Shown here: positions 37,698 to 48,857 of the stretch, piece after piece
How the letters are laid out: each line of letters starts with the position of its first letter
How positions within the stretch are numbered: the stretch's first letter is position 1
Origin: Adineta vaga
Lineage: Eukaryota; Animalia; Rotifera
Direction of reading: 5' to 3'
NCBI GenBank assembly: GCA_021613535.1
Contig: CP075497.1
Span: 12,834,001 to 12,898,000, forward strand
DNA: 64,000 bases
Notes under the pieces: model-generated
Told to the model about the DNA's origin: nothing
The model's database searches: none
The model's input: the letters and a program-made list of their open reading frames with translations, nothing else
Program-made: the position numbers and the translations under genes

Positions 37698-37890
37698 CAT
37701 CTTTCATGTTGTAGATCAAATATAATAATAAAATTGTTCATTCTCTCAATCGAGGATAGGGTGATACGTTAAAAAACAAAGAAAGTTTGTTTATGTGTGG
37801 CAGATCAAAAGTTTAAAAAAAGAGTATGGATGTTTATACGTATATATGATTACAACATCAAAAGGTCAGTCTAACATGAGTTAGTCAAGT

Positions 37891-38874
37891 TCATTGGATG
37901 CACAAAATTCGCTTCCATGAAAGTGCTTTCTTAACTTCATTTCGAAATGTTTTCGACGCAATCAAATTGGTATAAAAACTTGTAGAGACTGGTATACTGG
38001 CAGCGAATTGAGCAAGATTTCTTGCAATGCTTTCAATTTGTATTTGTACTGGACTTTTCACATCATATTGTGTTATTTGTTGATAGAGAAGAAAGATCGC
38101 AAATGTTGAACAGAATAAACCGTAGATCGTGATATCCATCAGTAACATAAAAGCAAGTTGTCTATCTTTTGAAGCAGTAGAGTGTGTAGCATTTGTTCTA
38201 ACAGTTGCCGTTGAATGTGCATCAGTAGCATCTCCAATACGACGTGCACTACGTTGAATATTCTTTATCGACCATAATCCACATGTTATAAGTAGTGCAA
38301 GTGCCAGAATTTCTTTGATAAGTACGTAGTAACTAAGAAAGGTACGATACATACCTGGTTCAAAATAACAAAGAAAATAATTAGGAAGAATTTGTATAAT
38401 ATTTGTTAAAAATAATGCGTGAGACTGAAACAATGCCCAAAAAATGGTTCCACCGATTATACATATATAAGCCATACGAAGAGTACTTTTTTGTCGTGTA
38501 CGAGCGTTTGATGAAGTAATTAGTACTCGATCAATCGAGGCCAATACTAAATAAAATGAGCATAAACAATTGAATAAAACGGTTGTATAAAAACGTAGAC
38601 GACAAAGAATCAGATTTTGAATGCTCGCATCAATATTGTAGCCAACGTTCAATGTTGCATAAAATGGTGCAGCATAAATATATATAAAATTAGCAGCATT
38701 GTACGCAATAAAATAGATTGCACATGAATTTTTTCGTAGGATCTTTTGAGTAAATACCATTAGATTGATTATGCAACCTATACTGCCTAAAAGCAACACA
38801 ATTGGACTTACAAATCTAAACATATAATATTGTACTGAGCTTAATACAGTGAGTATATTGGCAGTTGACGACAT
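37891..38874 (-). CDS. orphan rhodopsin-like GPCR
   Basis: 327 aa; LRKNSC, CRLR, ASIDR, SKTFR. Confidence 0.9.
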   Translation of the reverse strand: MSSTANILTVLSSVQYYMFRFVSPIVLLLGSIGCIINLMVFTQKILRKNSCAIYFIAYNAANFIYIYAAPFYATLNVGYNIDASIQNLILCRLRFYTTVLFNCLCSFYLVLASIDRVLITSSNARTRQKSTLRMAYICIIGGTIFWALFQSHALFLTNIIQILPNYFLCYFEPGMYRTFLSYYVLIKEILALALLITCGLWSIKNIQRSARRIGDATDAHSTATVRTNATHSTASKDRQLAFMLLMDITIYGLFCSTFAIFLLYQQITQYDVKSPVQIQIESIARNLAQFAASIPVSTSFYTNLIASKTFRNEVKKALSWKRILCIQ

Positions 38875-39625
38875 GGATAATTCTATGACTGAATAGATGA
38901 GTAGAGAAGTAACTTTGACAGTGTCTTTTAATTAAAAGAAACTGTCGCAACTATTATTCCACCATATTATAAAAACTTAATAGAATGATAATTAAACACG
39001 CATTTAAAGAAAATCATTGGTTAAATTATAACTCTTACTTAAACAACTGTTTTTGTCGTATAGAAAATCATGAACACAAAAAATTTAACAAGTGAAGAAG
39101 TCAATTTAGATTTTATTCCAGTACATGTGTTCTTGTTCTATATCACTGGAAGAATGGACAATATCTTGTTGATTTTTGTTGAGCACGTATGATTATTATT
39201 TTTTTTAAAAGTACATTCATTTTCTTCTTGATGTCATTTTATGGAACAGTTTCTGTTAGTGATGTTAGAAAATATTGTCTGTCACTGACAAATAGAATTC
39301 TGACTGACATACTATAGATTGTCTTTCAGAAAAATGCCCTTTATTAATGGTCTTGAATAAATCGGTCCTTTGAAAAACAATCCTCTATCATTTTATAAAA
39401 TGATGCAATACTGATTGGATATTTTGGTTTGTTATGAGAAATTAACTTTTATTTTAGTTCGTATTTGCAAAACAAAAAGGAAGACCAGGCACTAACTCTT
39501 GAAGTGTGATTTCATTTTGATTGAATCAATCATACAGTTGTTTTATCCGTTCTTCGACAATTCTGGATTGATATTTTGAGGGTGTAGGTGTGGATAGCTT
39601 ATTTATACATCAATCTTACCGTTAC

Positions 39626-40210
39626 TTACTCTAGAACACCCTCATTTGCTTCTTCACTTAGTCTAATTTGTTCATCTTCAGTATTTACTTTGTGTTGGAA
39701 ATAGATGGCTAATGCTTGCATAATATTTCTTGCATCCTCTTTGACTTTATTTGAAACGGAACCTTGTTTTTCATAAAGTTCTTTGTATATTTTTTGTGTA
39801 TGTTTATGACCAAATAATAATAATTCTATATCAAGTTCATTGTATAAGAAAGGTTTCTCAATTTTGTTTCGAAAGCGTTCTGTTCGTCCAGTCCAATAGT
39901 CTTGATTGTCGATCGATGAACAAAAAATATTGATTTTTTCTAGTTGCGATGTATTTTCGAAATATGAATTTATAATTAACCAATTCATATTGTCCTCGTA
40001 AGTAAATAATGTAATATTTTTTTGATCGTTATCGTCAATGTGTTTTTGGCAGACGGTTGTGTCTGTAAAAGGATGTAGAAATCGCATAAGATAAGCATTA
40101 GGTAAGGGAATGACAATACTAATGCCTGTCATATCATAAAGTAAGAGAGACCAAAATTTAGCCAGTGGATATACAGAACAATCAAATACAATATCACTAA
40201 TAGTTTTCAT
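39626..40210 (-). CDS. uncharacterised protein (receiver-like alpha/beta module plus helical hairpin)
   Basis: 194 aa ORF; ATG directly after a tttttag acceptor-like sequence. FTDTTVCQKHI..ITLF..INIFC resembles FFNNISSCISFI..IFLI..VYIYC in the ART gene. Confidence 0.6.
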   Translation of the reverse strand: MKTISDIVFDCSVYPLAKFWSLLLYDMTGISIVIPLPNAYLMRFLHPFTDTTVCQKHIDDNDQKNITLFTYEDNMNWLIINSYFENTSQLEKINIFCSSIDNQDYWTGRTERFRNKIEKPFLYNELDIELLLFGHKHTQKIYKELYEKQGSVSNKVKEDARNIMQALAIYFQHKVNTEDEQIRLSEEANEGVLE

Positions 40211-40288
40211 CTAAAAATGAATTATAATTTTTTAAAAATGAATACACTTTTAAACAAAAAAGAGGCAAGCATAGATTATTTTGATCGT

Positions 40289-41215
40289 TTAAAATTCCAA
40301 ATCCATTTTACAAAGTTTATGTGCTTTAATAAACATCTCTTTAGCTATTCTTGCATATTTTTTATTACTGTAATTAGTACCCAATTTGTTATAATGAGTA
40401 ATAAGATCATGTATTAATCGAAAGCAAAGTTCAGAATAATTATCAATAGTTGTTTCATTATTCGATGATGATTTTCCATAACGACAGACGATTTTCATAT
40501 TTGGACGTTTTCGAAAATCATTGACAATTAAATCATCATAATCAGTATCGATAATAAGAAATATATGAGCAGAAGTTTCATGTTCGTGTAAATATTCACA
40601 ACAATCAGATAGATTATCAAACACTAAGAATGAAGAAACAATTTCATCCAACAGATTTTTTATTCTTTCTGTTTCAATGTCATTTTGTAATTTCGATTTA
40701 AGCCAAATGATTCTTGTTATTGTAGAAGTCGATATATCGATAGTAATTTCACGACGAAAAAATCTTTTATGAGTCTTCTTCAATTCGTTATGAATTTGAT
40801 TGGCTTGTTCTTCTTTTCGATTTGCTTTTAACAAATCACCAGATTCGAAATATGCCTTTGCTTCTTTGTTATAACAACGATAAATTTCATCAGCCAATAA
40901 AAAAATGAGATCTTCACCCGTAGCAAATCGTTCTTGATTATCAATTCTACTCTTATTTTCTTCCAAAATAAAAACCTTTTCAATTTGTTCATCTTTAATT
41001 TTCATTGTGGCAGCGAATTTGCTGCTGACAAAAAGAAAAGTAGTTTTCTTTGGTAGTTTATCAAAATCAATGGTTGAATTATTTACAAAATTGAGTATAG
41101 AATCTTTTGCTAACGAACACAAAGTCTCAAGCATCGCGGAAGCTAATTCACTTAAATGTATCGATAAGTCGATAAGAACAAATTGAGGAGAAATAGTGTC
41201 AGCTAAAAGAAACAT
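40289..41215 (-). CDS. uncharacterised protein with two receiver-like/helical repeats
   Basis: 308 aa ORF; IIWL..VFDNLSDCCEYL..IFLII module, with two similar helical ends (LIFLLADEIYRCY / LCFRLIHDLITHY). Confidence 0.7.
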   Translation of the reverse strand: MFLLADTISPQFVLIDLSIHLSELASAMLETLCSLAKDSILNFVNNSTIDFDKLPKKTTFLFVSSKFAATMKIKDEQIEKVFILEENKSRIDNQERFATGEDLIFLLADEIYRCYNKEAKAYFESGDLLKANRKEEQANQIHNELKKTHKRFFRREITIDISTSTITRIIWLKSKLQNDIETERIKNLLDEIVSSFLVFDNLSDCCEYLHEHETSAHIFLIIDTDYDDLIVNDFRKRPNMKIVCRYGKSSSNNETTIDNYSELCFRLIHDLITHYNKLGTNYSNKKYARIAKEMFIKAHKLCKMDLEF

Positions 41216-41287
41216 ATAATATCTTTACGATCTAAATATGATTCTATCGTAAAATTATGGAAGGATTTCAAGAAGAAACAGTAAGAT

Positions 41288-43894
41288 TTACTTACGTAAG
41301 ATAAGATTATGTTTTCGATATACACGAGTGATAAAGTGTATAAATATGGATATAATACTCATGAGAGCAATTGTAATAAATATTTTACTCATTGCTTTTA
41401 TTACAATTGTTTTTGTTTCAGTATCAAATAAATTTGTTTTCACACAATGACTTCGTCCAAACCATTTTGCTGATATTCGATCAATTTCTTCCGATTCCAT
41501 AAATGATAAAATATTAGAATTTAAGTCTGCTGTATATAACCAACCTCGTCTAATTGGTATTTGATAGAAACTATGACTAAATGCAATGCCTACAGTCATT
41601 AAATCACAATACATATTATTTACATGATATGTACTTGATATATTACTCCAAAGACTGGCATCAATATAACCGTTCATTAATCCTGTATAAACTTCATCTG
41701 GTGTCTTCAATGGATAATAATCTTTTTTACCTTGTGAGATAGAATTTAAATAATATTCTTCAATTTGAGAACCAACGAGAATTCCTATTCGATTTCGTGG
41801 TATTATACCATTTTTAATATCATCTATTCCTGATATTGTAAGTTTAGGATTTCGTATCATTAGAAATGAGATCAATCCAGCTGTATGTATAACTAATAAT
41901 ATTATTTGTAAACAAAATAAAATAGATGAAAGATATTGTCCAGCATTTGTTTTAATTTGAGAATGACTTCTACTCAACGGACGATAAATTGGATAACTAA
42001 TAACAATAAAAATTCCTATTAATGAATGTTCATCTTCATTTTTCTCATTTTTTTGTTCAACGAGCCATAATAATACATTAGTATAAGGAATAATAATTAA
42101 TAAAAGTAACCAAAGTGCCCATACAAATGGTTTCAATAAAATAAGATAATAAGATCGAATAGATTCTGTTTTTCGTACAATAATTCTATATGAAGCAGGC
42201 ATAATAGCTACTGAAAAGTCAACAATTTGATTTCGTTTTGCATTAATATCAATACTACTCATAACAATATCAAATGAATCATTTGCTACTCCACCAACTA
42301 ATTCATCATATCGTATAGTTGGTTTTGCTAACATAATAACGGGTATAAAACCCATTTTATCTTGTAAATACAAAATTAAATCTTTATAAAATCCATCAAA
42401 TTCTGTTATATCAATTATTTTATAATTCTCTATCATATTATTATATATAACAGTTGAATTTTTCAGTATTATAGATGGAGGTGATTCAATAATAGCAATT
42501 CGTAATTGTTGACCTTGAATTAATTTATGATCTATTAAAACATTTGTTGATCGATTTGGCCATAAAATATTAATAGATTGATTTTTATATTGTATCCATT
42601 TAGTTGAAGTACCATTCCATTGTAAAACAGGTATAAAATCAATCTTATTATCTGTTGTTGTATTTAATGGTTGTATATTTTTAATCACATAAGATATATT
42701 ATCAACACGATCTGATGTTTCATTAGAAAATTTCACTTGACCAGATACACCTAAAAATTTCATTGCTTTCATTATATTGTAATAATATTTTGAATTTAAA
42801 AATCGTCGATTATAACAATCAGAAACATTCATAAATTGTAAACATGTTGGTTCTATTGAACAAAGTTCTTGCAAGGATAATATTAATGACCATGTAGCAT
42901 CAAATGTAAATAATGCATAAATACTGATATTGTTAATACCTGGAAATGTATCAAATTCGTAATTTTTCCATATTTTATATACTTCATTTAATAATGTTGT
43001 ATTAACAATATCTTCTTGTGTTGGTTGAATAGTAAGAATTCCAATAAGTTTTTGTTGTTGTACTGGATTGAAATATTCCAATGGTATTGTTGTTGTTAAA
43101 ATCCAAAGAAAATCTTCACCGATTAAATTATTATTCCATGCTTTATTTAATATTGTTGTTGTTGAGATTTTATTTGCCCAAACAATAACAATACGTGATA
43201 AACTATTCAGTAAAGTCTTTTTAAAATCAATTTGAAAATTTTGTTGATTTTTATCAAATTTAATTGTTTCAAATGTTTTTATATGAATTTCGTTCAATTT
43301 TTGACGTAATAAATGCATTCCATTGTAACCATATTCATCATTTTGATATACAATGATGCATGATTTCCATTTATATTGTTGAAATAAGATTTTTATACCG
43401 TATACAGTTTTTTCATCTGATGGAGATATACGATAGAAAGCTCCAGTATCAATAGTTGATAAATCAGGACTTGTAGTCGCATATGATACATCGAGTATTC
43501 CTAATCGATATGCAAATGATGCAATATATCGTGCTTCATTTGAATATGCTGGACCTACGAAGCCAACTATGTTCGATGTTGATACTTTTTGACATGTTTG
43601 ATTAAATGTCATTATAACATCATTATCTGTTAAGATTTCTTCATAAGTCAAATATTGTCCTTGAAATGTGATATTATATTGTTGCGATAATAGAATAGCT
43701 GCTCTAAACATTGAACGACAATGAACAATCCACAAATCACTACCTGATTGTTTCTTGGATAGTTGAGGGAAAAAGCCAAGTAACTTGATATTGGATGAAG
43801 TTGTTGGCCAACTTGACTCTACTGCTATTTCTGCTTTTAATTTCCATGACAGGAATAAAAACAAAATAAGTTGTACACTTGCCAAATTTCGCAT
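41288..43894 (-). CDS. divergent ionotropic glutamate receptor-like protein (ATD + LBD + TMs)
   Basis: ATG at 43894 with signal peptide; ANF-receptor-like ATD (GFVGPAYS, SYATTSPDLS, FLGVSGQVKF); S1 INAKRNQIVDFS; M3 IHTAGLISFL; ISGIDDIK; KWFGRSHC. The exact 3' end is uncertain because of a donor-like GTAAGT at 41295. Confidence 0.9.
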   Translation of the reverse strand: MRNLASVQLILFLFLSWKLKAEIAVESSWPTTSSNIKLLGFFPQLSKKQSGSDLWIVHCRSMFRAAILLSQQYNITFQGQYLTYEEILTDNDVIMTFNQTCQKVSTSNIVGFVGPAYSNEARYIASFAYRLGILDVSYATTSPDLSTIDTGAFYRISPSDEKTVYGIKILFQQYKWKSCIIVYQNDEYGYNGMHLLRQKLNEIHIKTFETIKFDKNQQNFQIDFKKTLLNSLSRIVIVWANKISTTTILNKAWNNNLIGEDFLWILTTTIPLEYFNPVQQQKLIGILTIQPTQEDIVNTTLLNEVYKIWKNYEFDTFPGINNISIYALFTFDATWSLILSLQELCSIEPTCLQFMNVSDCYNRRFLNSKYYYNIMKAMKFLGVSGQVKFSNETSDRVDNISYVIKNIQPLNTTTDNKIDFIPVLQWNGTSTKWIQYKNQSINILWPNRSTNVLIDHKLIQGQQLRIAIIESPPSIILKNSTVIYNNMIENYKIIDITEFDGFYKDLILYLQDKMGFIPVIMLAKPTIRYDELVGGVANDSFDIVMSSIDINAKRNQIVDFSVAIMPASYRIIVRKTESIRSYYLILLKPFVWALWLLLLIIIPYTNVLLWLVEQKNEKNEDEHSLIGIFIVISYPIYRPLSRSHSQIKTNAGQYLSSILFCLQIILLVIHTAGLISFLMIRNPKLTISGIDDIKNGIIPRNRIGILVGSQIEEYYLNSISQGKKDYYPLKTPDEVYTGLMNGYIDASLWSNISSTYHVNNMYCDLMTVGIAFSHSFYQIPIRRGWLYTADLNSNILSFMESEEIDRISAKWFGRSHCVKTNLFDTETKTIVIKAMSKIFITIALMSIISIFIHFITRVYRKHNLILRK

Positions 43895-45007
43895 TTTCTT
43901 TCTTCTCGTGACAATTACGAAATACAATCGTTGGCTAAAATAGTGACAGAGAAAATTTGTTATGCTTACCGGGAGTAGGAAGTATGCAGCGATAAATGAA
44001 AACGAAAAAAAGAAAAAGAAAAAGAAGTGACGAGCTCAATTAATTAACATATTTACGTATGCGACGATGAGTAATATCGACGCCTCAGAGAATGTTGAAA
44101 TAGCAAAAGCAGCAGAAAAAAGTATATTATATGAGTACCTATTTATGTGAACAGGAAAGGAAGAGAAAAAAAATTATAAATATAGAAGAAAAACAAATCG
44201 TTTTGCAAAGAATATAACATAAGTATGTTTATCTGAAGACATATGAATTATTTATATTCGGAACAAAATTTAAAGCAAAATCTTTTATCTAAATCAAAAG
44301 TAACGTCTGTAGAATAGTGATGAAAGTATTTCGTGAGTGCAAACTAAGTTTGGAGTATTCGGTGCTATTTAAATACGAAGATACGCTGGTTTTCTCACTT
44401 GAACTTTATTATGATATTCTTAATTTATCATGAAACGAAATCTACTTTTTGATTCTTTTAAAAAAAAAATTGCGGAGAATGATTCATGATTTGATACAAA
44501 ATAAGAATGAAAAATATATTTGTTTTTTATCTTTATCAGTACAAAAGGTGCAAGTTTGAGCACAAGGTAGAAAATATTATAATAAAGATTAGTTTGCCAC
44601 AATGAAAATAACAAAATATTACTAATGAAGATTTTGCTAAATTGGTCTTTGCCAATCGAATATTGCAGATACAAATTTCCTTATGAAACATCCATAATCT
44701 TTAGTTAAATTTGTTCATGAAACGTTGTTTCATTGATCAAGTCCATCAATCAGTGAGTGGTGTCACATATCCCTCAGGATATGTGATTAGAATAATTTCG
44801 AAACACATATAAACGAAAGAAACATTGATTCATTGTGATACATATTAAACAATCGTTAAAAAACGCATCTATTGAGAGATTAGTATCGGTAGAATACCTT
44901 CTATTCATTTACACACTCATACTCGAAATGATAATCGTTATTTTTTAATGAAAACCTTTAAAAAAATTACGTGAGTATATGATATTTGTCAATCATTGTT
45001 TTGCATG

Positions 45008-45380
45008 TTAATAAAAGATGAGTCGAACTTCAGAATATCCTGTAGAACTTTGAAAGCCTCTCTTCGAAGTAACAATAAAACGATAACTTGCGAATCGTGT
45101 TAGAGGACCAGTAAGTATCTGTACTGTACCATAATTTAATCGTCCAGGATCTGGTAGAAGTCCTGAAGAACCATTATAGATTAAAACCCAGCTAGATCCA
45201 AGAGTGAGAGTAGATCCATTGAAATTACTGCCTTCAATGGTCACTGTTAATGAATCACGTGCTGTAGTCCATGAGATTATACCTATACTAAATGCTGCAA
45301 GAATCATAGATCCTGAGCGCAGTGTAAAATAGAAGCCAGTATTTTGACCACATGATACTGACATACCCAGACTAGTGTAA
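45008..45380 (-). pseudogene. 5'-truncated fragment (or orphan last exon) of a galactose-binding-like beta-sandwich domain gene
   Basis: NTGFYFT..RDSLTVTIEGSN..WVLIYNGSSGL..SYRFIVTSKRG..YSEVRL reads as a real domain. The frame is cut off upstream by the short repeat at 45385-45449, and no signal peptide or upstream exon was found. Confidence 0.5.
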
Positions 45381-45384
45381 TTGC

Positions 45385-45449
45385 GGGTGAGTGGGTTTGA
45401 GTGAGATTGGTTCTTATTGTATCACCACCCTCATCCACACTTTCAAGAT
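45385..45449. mobile_element. copy of short dispersed hairpin element
   Basis: gggtgagtgggtttgagtga ... caccctcatccacactttcaagat. Confidence 0.55.
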
Positions 45450-46160
45450 TTTGAAAAAATATTCATCCAGTTCTTTCGTTAGAATAATTAGTAGTAATAT
45501 ATATATGTTTTAAGACAGATCAAAATGATTTTAATCTATCTTACAACATCTACATCAACAGATTTTTTTTCTTTATTCTTCTTCTTCCTTTTCTCCTTTT
45601 TTCGTATCTTTATGTTTTTTCGCTTTAATTTTCTCTCTCTACCATTCATACTATTACATTGCAGCCTACTAACTTATCAATGAATCAATACTGTCATTCC
45701 GTTCTGTTGTTTTTTTTGTAATTCTAACCTTTGCTCCCATATTCCTATCTAAACATAACGGCAAAGAGCAAGTTTTTGGAAAAGAGTTGTCATATAAAAC
45801 AATCAATTAAACAACTTTTACGAGAAATGACCGAAGATTTTTTTCAAAAACAAAACGTTAATTCAAATAGATAAAAATAGCGCACTTAGATTTTACAGTC
45901 TTTTTTCTAAGTACTATAGGTTATTCAAGATCGTCAGTTTTACCAGTTTTTATTTTTCCAGCACATCCACGCACATGCCGAATACAGAAGCAGAACTGGA
46001 AAAAGATTTTTCTTTCTTTCTATTATCAACATGTCGACTCCGGCCTGTCGAGTAGCATGTTTTTCCCTTTCTATGCTCTTTTTTTTCTTCACTACTGACA
46101 TTGATTTCTTTGCAGTATACGGCAGACAGTATATTATCTCCTAGTTATTTCTCCAAGACA

Positions 46161-47719
46161 ATGAATCCTTTCAATTTGATTCAACTACCCAATGAATTAC
46201 TCTATCTTATCTTTCGTTACATGCGTAAATCGGATGTCATCTATGCTTTCTACGAGTTGGATGAACGATTTGCTACTGCTGTACAATTCTTTGTTAGCGA
46301 TTCACTTAATTTGGCAGATGTTTCGCCTCCTGTGAATATTTACATTCTCAGTAAACTCGGTTCTCAAATTCGTCGCCTGGCAATAGGTGGTCGATCGTTC
46401 AATTTTTCGATTGCTCGAGACTGCTTGATAAAATACTGTGCAAATGTGGAAAGGCTTGATATTTTTTGCACAACAACATGCCATGATGTACGTGACTACT
46501 TACAATTTGTTCATTGGGATTTGAAATCTTTTTCAATCATAGATAAGCAAGTAAGATTGAAGTCAAGAAATAATAAATTCTTTCCAAATATGTTTGTGAT
46601 GAAAGTATACACACAAAAGAATAAGTTGAATGAATAGATTTCGAATTACTTCCCAGCTAGAACTCAATAGCAATAAAAATGTTAAAAAATGTGATACTCT
46701 GCTAAGTGAAAGAATATTATAGTTAACCATTTATCTTAGAGAAACTTCACGTAGTCTAGAAAATGTGAAAAACCGTTTCGAGACTTTCGAATTTTAAACA
46801 TACACAAAACCGAACAAAGAGCAATAAAAAAGTATTTTGCCCTCGTCTAAAAATATAAAGGCTTCTTCAGATAAACTAATTCCTAGCTCTATACCTTAAA
46901 GTCTGATGAAAAACCATTGTACAGACATCGGATCTATTATAGTCCTACATTTCTAGAAGGGAGACGGCAGACGGCCGTAACATTTGCATTATCTATGAAA
47001 TAAATCAATGAATTTATGTATTCTTCAACTAGAGACAGCTTTATCCGAACATCGCTACAAATCTTTATTTGCAATCACAAATACAAGTAGCATTCGTCTA
47101 TCGTCGTTTAACATTGCATGTAACAGACTACGAAGCGAATAATATAGCTTTGCTTGACTGGCATCAGCGAAGTGTGGAAATGACTGAAGGACTGTATGAA
47201 ATCGAAAATATCTTTGGACACAAATTTATTATACCCCAACTACAAAATAGTAGAGCTTATGTTGGTGATATTGGGCCTCTTAAAAATCGTATCTTTCGTC
47301 TCGAACACGTCCGATATCGTGAATATCGTTTGCGACACTATCAATCCAACACAATTCTTTGTATTTATCACGAATCATTAAATAATGAAGCACCTCTCGT
47401 ACTCAACACTAATACAGATCAGACATTAACATTCGAAAGTGTTGGTGACAATAATAGTGAGTATTATATTTGGCCTACTCATCAGCGATCAACAAACCGA
47501 AGAAAAGTGCTCGATGTCTACAATGATCCTTATGGTCGTGCTGGACAGAATGGAGCGCAAGTCCAATTGTATAGCTTCCACGGTGGACTCAATCAACGCT
47601 TTCATCTGCGTGCTGTCGACGAAAATAGTCTTGTTTCAACAGACCAGGTCACGAAGAAGACAAAATACAGTAATTGGCTACAAGGATTGTTAAAGAGCAC
47701 TACAAGAAAATTTGATTAA
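46161..47719 (+). CDS. F-box-like protein with C-terminal ricin-B-type lectin domain (~358 aa, 2 exons)
   Basis: Exon 46161-46550 (LIQLPNELLYLIFRYM) with CAA|GTAAGA donor; exon 47033-47719 in frame (VLDVY..NGAQVQLYSFHGGLNQRF). A possible extra 5' mini-exon 46031-46051 splices to 46116. Confidence 0.8.
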
Positions 47720-48544
47720 TGTTATTCGAATTCTTCTATTTCTCTTTTATGTGTATATGTACGCGTATGTGTTTCTTTTATTCTTTTCTTTTGTTGATCG
47801 TTGGTTTTCTTCTCTTTCACTACATGATTTTCTTATATTGAGGGTGTGAATGTACGTCAGAGATGAAGATGTCACCCAGATCTTTTCTCGTAAGGCACGC
47901 ACACCGTCGTGGACCCTCCGAGGGTATGAGTCTGGATAAAGGTACAAGATTGATATATCATCCACATTCATATCCAAAACCACTCCTAAGAAGCAATAAT
48001 TGCTTCCACTTCATGCTATTTTCTTGTGTGATATTCATCAAAAGATGAATGTTTTTCAACAATTTAGTTGCTTAAAATTCTTTCATATAATTAGTTGATG
48101 TTAACACATATATAACAAAACCAAGTAGTTGAGATGTAAAGGATAGAAATACGCTACAAGTAATGCATGTTGCTGCCATCTAACTAGTTCAAGATACGCG
48201 AAAGTAAACAAAAGAATAGTTTGTGGTAATCCGCTTATAGTACAACAAGTAACGCTCATCCTTAGGATTTGCTGACCACTCTCTGAAAGAACTATAATGA
48301 TGATTAACGCATCTATATTATTTAAAAAACTCTCTTAAAGAGAAGAAACACTCGTCAAAATTTCTTTTCTTGATTTTTTGTTTTGATTTTGTTCAGCATC
48401 ATTGAAAACCTCGAGATCCAAATTTTAGCGCATCTGGTTGAACGAAAAAAAATACATCAATTTCACTGACAACCACTCCCAAAACTATTTTGAGATTTCT
48501 TAAAAAATATAGCTAAAAAGAACGCTCATAAAATTTGCAGCTTC

Positions 48545-48666
48545 TGACGGAAATTCTACTGACTGTATCCAATACAGATCCGTCACCAGGAATCCGATAG
48601 GATTTTGTCGGAACGTTGGATCCTATAAGGTCCTATCGGATCCAATATCGGATTTGTCGACCTGGG
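48545..48666. mobile_element. terminal fragment of a MITE-like element
   Basis: Dense tccga/tcgga/ggatcc motifs ending in gacctggg; locally GC-rich. Confidence 0.4.
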
Positions 48667-48857
48667 AAGAGCTTTATGAAATTATTCGTTTAATGTACTA
48701 AAAGATACGGCATCGAAAACTAAACAAAATCCTCTATTTAGATACTCTTTCTGTGGACCGATCGGTACTAGTCGAACATTAGAAATACGTAAATTTGATA
48801 AATATAATGATATTAATTGTTTCTATCTATTCTTTGAAAGAAAAAAAGGAGTGTTCC

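Noticed and set aside
40211-40311. Intron joining the 40289 and 39626 ORFs
   Set aside because: The only nearby donor (T|GTAAAA) is phase 1 while the acceptor needs phase 0.
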